64,000 nt of DNA from Candidatus Omnitrophota bacterium (GTDB taxonomy: Bacteria > Omnitrophota > Gorgyraeia > Tantalellales > Tantalellaceae): NCBI GenBank assembly GCA_043813915.1, contig JBDRKO010000026.1, forward strand, positions 155 through 64,154, read 5' to 3'. Numbering within the stretch: position 1 is the first letter of the stretch; each line of letters begins with the position of its first letter. A model generated the notes under the pieces. It ran no database searches. It was not told the origin of the DNA and saw nothing but the letters and a program-made list of their open reading frames with translations. Below are positions 56,631 to 64,000 of this stretch, piece by piece. Position numbers and translations under genes: made by a program.

Positions 56631-57317
56631 ATGTCAAAAGTTACGGCTGTAATACCCGTCAGGGGAGGGAGCGAGAGATTAAAGAACAAGAATCTGCGGT
56701 TAATAGGAGGGGAAAGTCTCCTGTGCCGGAAGATAAGGATACTGAAAGAGTGCGGGAACGTAGAACGTATAATAGTCAATTCGGATTCTGATGTAATGCT
56801 GGACACCGCGCGCAGCCGGGGAGTAGAAGCGGTGAAAAGGGATCCGGCTTTTGCTTCTTCCGGAGCTCCCATGAACGAGGCAATACACCACGTCCTGGCC
56901 AATACGCCGGGTGAGCATATTATATGGGCGCAGGTCACAAGTCCGCTGCTTTCAAGCGCAAGGATAGACGAGTTCATAGGTATGTATTTTAACGGTCTGA
57001 AAAAAGGATACGACAGTCTCGCGACCTACAAGAACGTGAGAGAATACCTGTGGGACGATAACGGGCCCGTTAATTATGAGAAGGGCGGACATCCCAGGAG
57101 TCAGGACCTCAAGATATACAAGGCATTGACCTTTACCGTGGCTATAATAGGGAAACAGCTGGGAATGAAAAGAAAATATTATATAGGAGATAAACCTTAT
57201 TTTGTAGAAGTTACTGATGAAGAGGCCGTGGATATTGATAATGAAATGGACCTGTACATAGCGAATGCTTTGCTGGCGAGAGAGTCTTTGCTGGATATCC
57301 ATCTCAGTGAGGCATAG
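56631..57317 (+). CDS. Acylneuraminate cytidylyltransferase family (NeuA/PseF/LegF-like CMP-nonulosonic acid synthetase)
   Basis: TAVIPVRGGSERLKNKNLRLIGGESLL matches the (A/V)IPARGGSKGIxxKN signature; 228 aa. Confidence 0.7.
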   Translation: MSKVTAVIPVRGGSERLKNKNLRLIGGESLLCRKIRILKECGNVERIIVNSDSDVMLDTARSRGVEAVKRDPAFASSGAPMNEAIHHVLANTPGEHIIWAQVTSPLLSSARIDEFIGMYFNGLKKGYDSLATYKNVREYLWDDNGPVNYEKGGHPRSQDLKIYKALTFTVAIIGKQLGMKRKYYIGDKPYFVEVTDEEAVDIDNEMDLYIANALLARESLLDIHLSEA

Positions 57318-57348
57318 CGCGGACAGTAAGACCAAAGGAGAAAATATC

Positions 57349-58254
57349 ATGAAGACCATAGTTTTCGGTGGATCGGGTTTTTTAGGAAGTTATTTGGCGG
57401 AAGCCTTAGTAGCCGCGGGATACGAGGTGACAATATTCGATCTGAAAGGATCAGGGCTGGATAACGTCAATATGGTAATAGGGGATATAACGGATGCCCC
57501 TAAGGTCAGAGAGGCGATAACAGGTGCGGATATAGTATATAACCTGGCCGCTATCGCCGATATTGATGAATGCGTGAAAAATCCCGTAGAAGCGGTTAAA
57601 TATAACATATTGGGCAATACCGTCATACTGAATGAATGCGCGAAAGCAAAAAAACCTATCAAAAGATTCGTCTACGCCAGTTCGGTATACGTTTATTCGT
57701 CTTCAGGAGGGTTCTACAGATCTACGAAACAGGCGAGTGAATCCATAATAGAGAACTATAATAAATACTACGGCATACCTTACACGATCGTCCGGTACGG
57801 CACGCCGTACGGTCCGATGGCCGATGAGAAGAACAGCGTGTATCGTTTTATCAAAGACGCGTGCGAGAAAGGCAAGATGCAGTATGTCGGTGTCGGCACC
57901 GAGGTTCGCGAATATATCCACGCGAGCGACGCGGCGCGTCTCAGTGTTAAGATACTTGATGCCGAATACGAGAACCAGAGGGTCATGCTTACGGGTCATC
58001 ATCCCGTCAAGGTGAGCGATCTCTTGATGATGATAAACGAGATACTCGGAGGAAAGATAGGGATAGAATATCTGGGCAAGAAAAAAGACGTTCCGGAAAG
58101 GCACTATACCATAACCCCGTATTCGTATAACCCCAGGATAGCGAAAAAACTCGTCGATCATTATTACCTTGATCTCGGACAGGGGCTGCTGGACTGTGTG
58201 GAAAAATTCAAATCAAAAGAAGTCGGCAAACCGTTTACGGAGATGAAAAAGTGA
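57349..58254 (+). CDS. NAD-dependent epimerase/dehydratase (extended SDR)
   Basis: MKTIVFGGSGFLGSYL and YRSTK (YxxxK). Start at 57349 with SD AAAGGAG 8 nt upstream; the ORF-track start 57265 is rejected. Confidence 0.6.
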   Translation: MKTIVFGGSGFLGSYLAEALVAAGYEVTIFDLKGSGLDNVNMVIGDITDAPKVREAITGADIVYNLAAIADIDECVKNPVEAVKYNILGNTVILNECAKAKKPIKRFVYASSVYVYSSSGGFYRSTKQASESIIENYNKYYGIPYTIVRYGTPYGPMADEKNSVYRFIKDACEKGKMQYVGVGTEVREYIHASDAARLSVKILDAEYENQRVMLTGHHPVKVSDLLMMINEILGGKIGIEYLGKKKDVPERHYTITPYSYNPRIAKKLVDHYYLDLGQGLLDCVEKFKSKEVGKPFTEMKK

Positions 58255-60329
58255 CACTGAAAAGCAAAGGACATAAAAGATATAAGGAAGGACAGTGTGT
58301 GATCTATCTGGCTGACCTGGTCCATAATTACGCCGCCAAGGGTCCGCATACTTTTCCTCTCAATATAGGCTATATCTGCGCCTATACGAAGAAACTCTAC
58401 GGCGATAAAGTGGGTATAAGGCTCTTTAAATATCCGTCGGACCTGATCGAAGCCGTAAAGCGTCAAACGCCGCATGTAGTGGGATTGGGTAATTATACGT
58501 GGAACCTTGAAATAAATAACAAGATCAGCCGCTGGATCAAATCGGTCTCGCCCGGAACCCTTGTTGTGTACGGCGGGCCCGATTATCCCGCGGACCCGGA
58601 AGGAGCCCCGGAATATCTCCGCCGGAGGCCTGACACGGATATTTATGTCATGCTGCAGGGCGAAAGAGGGTTCGCTAACGTTATTGGGAGGTTTTTAGAG
58701 TACGGTTCCATAGAAGGAGTAAGATCTTCCGCGGTGGAGAATTGCGCGTTTTATGACAGGGACGCGGATAAGGTGATCACGGCGGATACTTATAACTATA
58801 TAGATGACATGGACGAGATACCGTCCCCTTATTTAACGGGGGTAATGGATGATTTTTTCGACACTTATCTTATCCCGGTCATTGAGACTAACCGGGGATG
58901 TCCTTATTCCTGCACATTTTGCGCCTGGGGTAATTCCAGCCAGCGGAAGATCTTCCGGTTCCCGCTTGAACGGGTAAAACAGGAAGTGGAATATATCGCC
59001 GAAAATATAAAGAACGCGAGCCTGCTGACGGTAGGAGACGCGAATTTCGGTATACTCGAAAGGGATCTTGAGATAGCCGAACATATAAAGAGCGTCAAGT
59101 GCCGGTACGGTTATCCGCGTCACATGGCCATAGGTTGGGCTAAAACGATAGACAGAATAATAAAAATGTCGGATGTAGTGGGCGATATGGTAAGCGTAAG
59201 CTGTTCTCTCCAGACGCTGGATGCCGAGGTTATGAAGAACGTGAAGAGGACCAATATCAGTTTTGATGAATTTAAAAGAGCACAGAGATATTTCAATTCA
59301 AAAGGTGTCTCAACGCACACCGAAATAATACTTGCCCTTCCGGGTGAAACAAGAGAAACGCATATGAAGGGGCTTAAAGACCTGTTTGATTACGGGACGG
59401 CGTCAATGCAGTGCTATAACCTGAGGATGCTGGGCGGAAGCCGGCTGAATGCCGCCAAGAACAGGAAGAAATACGGATTGAAGACAAAATACAGGCTTGT
59501 GGACGGTTGTTTCGGAAAATATGAAGATATAATATCGATCGAATCCGAAGAAATGGTCGTGGGTACCGATACCATGACCATGGACGATATCCTGTATTTC
59601 CGGCCTATACATTTTTTGATACAGTTTTTCTGGAATTATAAATACTACAAAGAACTCCTGCATTTTCTCGGAAGTAAGGACATTAACGCGGTAGATTTTA
59701 TCGTCAAAGTGATAGCGAACATGGGTTCCGCTTCTCCTGCCGTAAAAGGGATATTCGATGATTTCATGAAAGAGGCGCGTGACGAATGGTTCGATACCGA
59801 GGAAGAACTTTTCGAGCATTATTCCGGACCTGAAAATTTTAAGATGATATGTGAAGGCGGTTTTGGTAAACTTAACTTTAAGTATACGTATCGTTTTCTG
59901 CTCGAATGTAAGAATGAGTGCGATGAATATGTGTTCGCTACAGCCGCGGAGCTCTTGGATGAACGGAAGAAACTGGATGAGATCTCAAAACAGCAGATGG
60001 AAGACCTTCTCCGGTATATAAAGAACAGGTTTATTGACCTGGCGACGGTTTCCGGCAGTCCGCGGTATAGAACATCCCTGGACTTTAAATATGATATTTT
60101 TGGATGGAAGAACCGGGCATGTATAGGGCCCATTCCTGCCGCGGCAGGCTCCGGGGTGAAGCTGAGCTTTATACTGCCGAACGAACAGGCTACGGCTCTG
60201 AGGAAGCTTTACAAGCAGTTCAAGTCCGATAATATCAACCAGACTTTAAGGAAGATGGTAGAATGTATCATGAACAAGGACGAGTTGTTCTATAAAGTCG
60301 ATTACGCGTCAAACCTGGAGGGGAAATGA
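58251..60329 (+). CDS. B12-binding-domain radical SAM enzyme, paralog 4 (692 aa, long C-terminal extension)
   Basis: NRGCPYSCTFC (CxxxCxxC) after a ~200-aa N-terminal B12-binding-like domain; ~250 extra C-terminal residues. Confidence 0.65.
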   Translation: MTLKSKGHKRYKEGQCVIYLADLVHNYAAKGPHTFPLNIGYICAYTKKLYGDKVGIRLFKYPSDLIEAVKRQTPHVVGLGNYTWNLEINNKISRWIKSVSPGTLVVYGGPDYPADPEGAPEYLRRRPDTDIYVMLQGERGFANVIGRFLEYGSIEGVRSSAVENCAFYDRDADKVITADTYNYIDDMDEIPSPYLTGVMDDFFDTYLIPVIETNRGCPYSCTFCAWGNSSQRKIFRFPLERVKQEVEYIAENIKNASLLTVGDANFGILERDLEIAEHIKSVKCRYGYPRHMAIGWAKTIDRIIKMSDVVGDMVSVSCSLQTLDAEVMKNVKRTNISFDEFKRAQRYFNSKGVSTHTEIILALPGETRETHMKGLKDLFDYGTASMQCYNLRMLGGSRLNAAKNRKKYGLKTKYRLVDGCFGKYEDIISIESEEMVVGTDTMTMDDILYFRPIHFLIQFFWNYKYYKELLHFLGSKDINAVDFIVKVIANMGSASPAVKGIFDDFMKEARDEWFDTEEELFEHYSGPENFKMICEGGFGKLNFKYTYRFLLECKNECDEYVFATAAELLDERKKLDEISKQQMEDLLRYIKNRFIDLATVSGSPRYRTSLDFKYDIFGWKNRACIGPIPAAAGSGVKLSFILPNEQATALRKLYKQFKSDNINQTLRKMVECIMNKDELFYKVDYASNLEGK

Positions 60330-61276
60330 AGCTGATCATCCAAATACCGTGTTATAACGAGGAAAAGACCCTGCCCCCTACGCTTAAAGACCTTCCGAAA
60401 AAGATAGAGGGGGTGGATGAGATCGAGGTGCTGGTGATCAATGACGGATCATCGGATGCGACCGTAGAAGTCGCTAAAAGAGAAGGCGTCCATCACGTGC
60501 TGGACCTTCCCGTAAATTCCGGTTTGGCAAAAGCTTTCAGGTGCGGGCTTGAAAAGTCGGTAGAGCTTGGGGCGGATATCATAGTTAATACCGACGGGGA
60601 TAACCAGTATCAGGGACAGGACATACCCAAACTTATAGAGCCTATACTGCGCCGCAAAGCCGAGATAGTCATAGGATGCCGGGACATATCCGCGATATCA
60701 CATTTTTCTCCCGTAAAAAAGCTGCTCCAGAACTTCGGAAGCTGTGTCGTCCGTAAATTCTCGAAAACCGATATTCCGGATACAACCAGCGGGTTCAGGG
60801 CATACACAAAAGACGCGGCTTTAAGGATCAATATCTTCTCGAATTACACGTATACCATAGAGAGCATTATACAGGCGGGAAGAAAGGATATACCGATCAC
60901 GCATGTTAATATATCCACTAACGGGAAATTAAGGGAATCACGTCTTATTAAGAACATTTACTCGTATATGACCAGAAGCATAGCCACCATGATGCGCATA
61001 TACCTCATGTATGAACCGTTAAAGAGCTTTATCAAGATAAGCCTAGTGCCGATATCCCTGAGTGTTGTCCTGATCACGCGTTTTCTGATCGCGCATTTTA
61101 CGCGGCACCAGGGCGGGCATGTGCAGTCTCTTGTGATCGCGGCAGCGGGTCTTATCCTGGGGTTTATAATCATCATGATAGGGCTGTTGGGAGATTTAAT
61201 TTCGGCTAACAGAAAGTTGAACGAAGAGATACTGTACAGGCTCAAGAAAAATGCACTTAACAGCAAGGGCAGATAG
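60326..61276 (+). CDS. GT2 UndP-sugar synthase, GtrB/ArnC-like with C-terminal TM helices
   Basis: IIQIPCYNEEKTL, VINDGSSDAT and two C-terminal hydrophobic helices (LVPISLSVVLITRFLIAHF; AAAGLILGFIIIMIGLLG) as in GtrB/ArnC. Confidence 0.7.
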   Translation: MKLIIQIPCYNEEKTLPPTLKDLPKKIEGVDEIEVLVINDGSSDATVEVAKREGVHHVLDLPVNSGLAKAFRCGLEKSVELGADIIVNTDGDNQYQGQDIPKLIEPILRRKAEIVIGCRDISAISHFSPVKKLLQNFGSCVVRKFSKTDIPDTTSGFRAYTKDAALRINIFSNYTYTIESIIQAGRKDIPITHVNISTNGKLRESRLIKNIYSYMTRSIATMMRIYLMYEPLKSFIKISLVPISLSVVLITRFLIAHFTRHQGGHVQSLVIAAAGLILGFIIIMIGLLGDLISANRKLNEEILYRLKKNALNSKGR

Positions 61277-62030
61277 GGTGAAAGAAAAATTCAGACATAA
61301 ACTTTTCGTAGAGCGGAATAAAGACGCGGAGCAGGCGTATATAGACAACAGGATGCAGAAAGCCGCTAAGATCAAGGCCGTTCTTAACGATTTCGGTAAA
61401 AGAACGGGAGACCTGCTGGACATAGGCTGTTCTCTCGGTATAATTTCAGAATCCTTAAAGGATGAATTTAAGGTGACGGGTATAGATGTCGATGCGCAGG
61501 CTGTCGGTTATGCGTCCGATAAATGGTCCGGGATAGATTTTTTTATCCGTGATGCCGAAAGAACGGATTTTCCGGACGGATCGTTCGATGTGGTGATATG
61601 TGCGGGTATATATGAGCACGTGAATGACCCGAAAAATCTTTTAAAAGAGATACACCGTGTCCTTAGAACAGGAGGGGTATGTTACTTCACGGCTATGAAC
61701 CGGCTTATACCCGTGGAACCGCATTACGGACTGCCGTTCCTTTCATATCTATCTAAACCACTGGCTGACATTTATTTGAGAGCAAAGAACGGTAAAACAT
61801 ATGATGTTAAGGCCTTTTGCCTGCCGGGGCTAAGACGCCTTGTATCGGATTTTAAGGTTTTTGACTATACTTCTAAGGTTATTATGGATCCCGAAGGTTT
61901 TTATGCCTCGGATGTGGTGAAACCCGGATCTTTGAACCAGAAGATAGCGTCCTGGGTCTCAAAATACCTGTATTGGATGGTGCCTACCTATATATGGTTA
62001 TTGCAGAAAGAGGATAACGCAAAAGTTTAA
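61251..62030 (+). CDS. Class I SAM-dependent methyltransferase
   Basis: LLDIGCSLGIISESL (motif I), VLRTGGVCYF (motif III). An alternative GTG start at 61278 lies just after the upstream stop. Confidence 0.6.
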   Translation: MHLTARADRVKEKFRHKLFVERNKDAEQAYIDNRMQKAAKIKAVLNDFGKRTGDLLDIGCSLGIISESLKDEFKVTGIDVDAQAVGYASDKWSGIDFFIRDAERTDFPDGSFDVVICAGIYEHVNDPKNLLKEIHRVLRTGGVCYFTAMNRLIPVEPHYGLPFLSYLSKPLADIYLRAKNGKTYDVKAFCLPGLRRLVSDFKVFDYTSKVIMDPEGFYASDVVKPGSLNQKIASWVSKYLYWMVPTYIWLLQKEDNAKV

Positions 62031-62042
62031 GGTGTCAAAACA

Positions 62043-62837
62043 ATGATAAGAGGACATAATATCAACGAGACCGATAGGGTCACCAAAAAGGCGTGGGGCG
62101 AGAACTGGGAAAAGATAGATATCCCGACTATACTCGGGATATTTGAATATCCGCGGGTAAAAAAACTTATGAATATTGTTACCGGCACGCTTCCGGGCTC
62201 CGGACGCGTACTGGAAGCGGGATGCGGTCTTGGGCCTTGGGTGATCAAGCTCGGCGAACTAGGGCACGATGTGGTAGGGATAGATTACCAGGAAGAGTGC
62301 GTGAAAAAGATAAACGATCATTGCGGAGAGGAAAAAGCCTTTACCGCGGATATCAGGGATATACCTTTTGGAGATAATACTTTCAACGCGTATCTGTCGT
62401 TCGGCGTAATAGAACATTTAGCCGAAGGTCCTGAAGAAGCTATCAAAGAAGCGCACAGGGTGCTGGCCAAAGGGGGAAGATTGATCCTTTTCGTACCGCA
62501 CCTGAACATATTCCTGAGGGCCAAAGCGCCGCTTAATTATCTTAAGCGTAATTCCTTGGTCCGAAGATTGTTCAAAAAACCTCTGAAGGATCATTATTAT
62601 CAGAAGTATTTCAAAGTAAGCGAGCTTGAAAGTATCATCACAGATCACGGATTTGTAATAGAGAAAACGATGCCGGTGGACCATATATTCAGTCTGGTGG
62701 GATTTTCGGACATTTTCAGGGACAAGGATAGTTATGACGGCGAGAATACGCTGGCGGTCATTTTAGGCGGAGTTTTGGAAAAGGTCCTGCCATGGGCAGG
62801 AGCCGCTTCTATGCTTGTGGTGGCTAAAAAAGGATAA
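62043..62837 (+). CDS. Class I SAM-dependent methyltransferase
   Basis: VLEAGCGLGPWVIKLGELGHDVVGIDY (motif I), VLAKGGRLILF (motif III). Confidence 0.65.
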   Translation: MIRGHNINETDRVTKKAWGENWEKIDIPTILGIFEYPRVKKLMNIVTGTLPGSGRVLEAGCGLGPWVIKLGELGHDVVGIDYQEECVKKINDHCGEEKAFTADIRDIPFGDNTFNAYLSFGVIEHLAEGPEEAIKEAHRVLAKGGRLILFVPHLNIFLRAKAPLNYLKRNSLVRRLFKKPLKDHYYQKYFKVSELESIITDHGFVIEKTMPVDHIFSLVGFSDIFRDKDSYDGENTLAVILGGVLEKVLPWAGAASMLVVAKKG

Positions 62838-62858
62838 GCGGTCTAAAAAAACGTAAAA

Positions 62859-64000
62859 GTGAAGAAAAAAATACTTATAGTCACAAGCACTTTTCCCAAG
62901 AATGGGGAAGATATACGGACCGCGGGATTCGTCAGCGATCTGGCTGTTTCGCTTACGGAATATTACCGTGTGCATGTCCTTGCACCTCATTCGTCCGGAG
63001 CGAAGACAACGGAGGTGAAGCGGGACGTTACGGTGCATAGGTTCAGGTACTTTTTCCCGGTCCGAGCCCAGGCTCTCACAAGCGGGAACGGAATGCTGAA
63101 CGATATTAAAAATAACCCGCTGGCCGTTCTGCAGGTACCGTTCTTCATGCTGTTTGAATTCCTGGCGGTCCTGAGGATAGCGAGGAAAGAGAAAATAGAT
63201 ATAATAAACTCACACTGGATAGTTCCCCAGGGACTTATCTGTTCGGTCGTTAAAAAACTCACGGGCACGATCCATGTGGCCACGGTCCATGCCGCCGGCA
63301 TATTCCTGCTCAAGAGGATGGGGCGCATGGGAGGCATGATTGCCCGTTTTATAGACAAGCGGTGCGATGGGATGCTGCCCGTAAGCAGGTATATCGCCTC
63401 AGAGGTCACGTCACTTACCGGTAACGCGGATCATTCGGCGGTGATACCCATGGGTGTTGATACGGAAAAATTCTCTAAAATATGCGATAAAAAAAACCTA
63501 AGAGAAAAGATAGGGTTTAGCGATAAGTTCACATTTCTTTTCGTAGGTAAATTCGTGGAAAAAAAAGGACTGTTCGTTCTTTTCGATGCCGTAAAAAAGT
63601 TGAAAGATAACGGCGCGGATTTTAAGGTTGTTATCGTAGGGGGCGGGCCGTTGGAAGAACGCCTTAAAAATGATGCAGCCGGCAGAGGTCTTACCGGTCT
63701 TATAGAGTTTGCCGGGTGGAAAAAGAATGACGAGTTGCCGGAGATATATTCGGCAAGCGACGTTGTGGTCGTCCCCTCGGTATTCGACTCGAAAGGGGAA
63801 AGTGAAGGCATGCCGGTCGTGATAAATGAAGCATTCGCCGCCGGTGTTCCTGTTCTGGCCAGCGGGATAAGCGGCATTACGGACCTTGTTGAGAACGGCA
63901 GGAACGGATGGCTGGCGGAAGCGGAAGATGCCTCGGACCTTGCCGGAAAGATGGGTCATATCATGGGCCTTCCCGATCTTGAAAGCTTCTCGAAGGAAGC
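62859..64000 (+). CDS. GT4-family (GT-B, retaining-type) glycosyltransferase, 3' end beyond the window
   Basis: Open frame from GTG 62859 to the window end: VKKKILIVTSTFP...; C-terminal EGMPVVINEAFAAGVPVLAS (EX7E motif). Not in the ORF track because no stop codon falls inside the window. Confidence 0.65.
   Translation, partial: MKKKILIVTSTFPKNGEDIRTAGFVSDLAVSLTEYYRVHVLAPHSSGAKTTEVKRDVTVHRFRYFFPVRAQALTSGNGMLNDIKNNPLAVLQVPFFMLFEFLAVLRIARKEKIDIINSHWIVPQGLICSVVKKLTGTIHVATVHAAGIFLLKRMGRMGGMIARFIDKRCDGMLPVSRYIASEVTSLTGNADHSAVIPMGVDTEKFSKICDKKNLREKIGFSDKFTFLFVGKFVEKKGLFVLFDAVKKLKDNGADFKVVIVGGGPLEERLKNDAAGRGLTGLIEFAGWKKNDELPEIYSASDVVVVPSVFDSKGESEGMPVVINEAFAAGVPVLASGISGITDLVENGRNGWLAEAEDASDLAGKMGHIMGLPDLESFSKE

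Noticed and set aside
57265-57348. ORF-track 5' extension of the SDR at 57349 (start at 57265)
   Set aside because: The extension (MLCWRESLCWISISVRHS...) overlaps the end of the NeuA-like gene and precedes the canonical MKTIVFGGSGFLGS Rossmann start, which has an AAAGGAG SD 8 nt upstream.

Overview
The window is almost entirely one dense, largely co-directional (+ strand) glycan-biosynthesis and glycan-modification supercluster. It holds roughly 60 genes, many translationally coupled by 4- to 11-nt start/stop overlaps, with no rRNA, tRNA or CRISPR. I cannot assign it to an organism; composition (roughly 45% GC) and the gene set suggest an uncultivated bacterium.

Recognisable content:
- Six small GT2 polyprenyl-phosphate sugar synthases of the DPM1/GtrB/ArnC type.
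- Five polytopic GT-C-type membrane glycosyltransferases (ArnT/PMT_2-like x3, one YfhO-like, one DUF2029-like).
- Four paralogous B12-binding radical SAM enzymes and eight class-I SAM methyltransferases.
- A WbpA/B/D/E/I-like set for 2,3-diacetamido uronic acids.
- An Arn-like block: UXS/ArnA-like decarboxylase, GT2, NodB deacetylase and GT-C.
- A nonulosonic-acid-like module: NeuB/PseI-like synthase, two cytidylyltransferases, PseH-like GNAT, DegT aminotransferases, FdtA-like cupin, ATP-grasp, Wzx flippase, and two HP-motif GT-B proteins.
- A four-gene inverted block (SDR, Gfo/Idh/MocA, UDP-HexNAc dehydrogenase, NUDIX).

The most unusual part is an 11-gene operon at 28.3-38.6 kb behind a consensus sigma70 promoter. 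It combines an ANL adenylating enzyme, a stand-alone ACP-like protein, a B12-radical SAM, a methyltransferase, a tandem VOC protein, a D-2-hydroxyacid dehydrogenase, a HAD phosphatase, a cyclase/formamidase-like hydrolase, an AAC(3)-family N-acyltransferase and two different aminopeptidase-like proteins. The combination suggests carrier-protein-dependent synthesis and transfer of an unusual acyl group onto an amino sugar, in no arrangement I recognise from a characterised system.

Other notable features:
- A MITE-like 119-bp element with perfect 11-bp terminal inverted repeats and four 16-bp tandem repeats sits between two paralogous GT2 genes.
- A 726-aa SDR-aminotransferase fusion and a CBS-pair-SDR fusion are paralogous.
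- A small excisionase-family HTH gene sits at a module junction.
- There are several structured intergenic regions.

All functional calls rest on motif recognition by eye. No database search was run.
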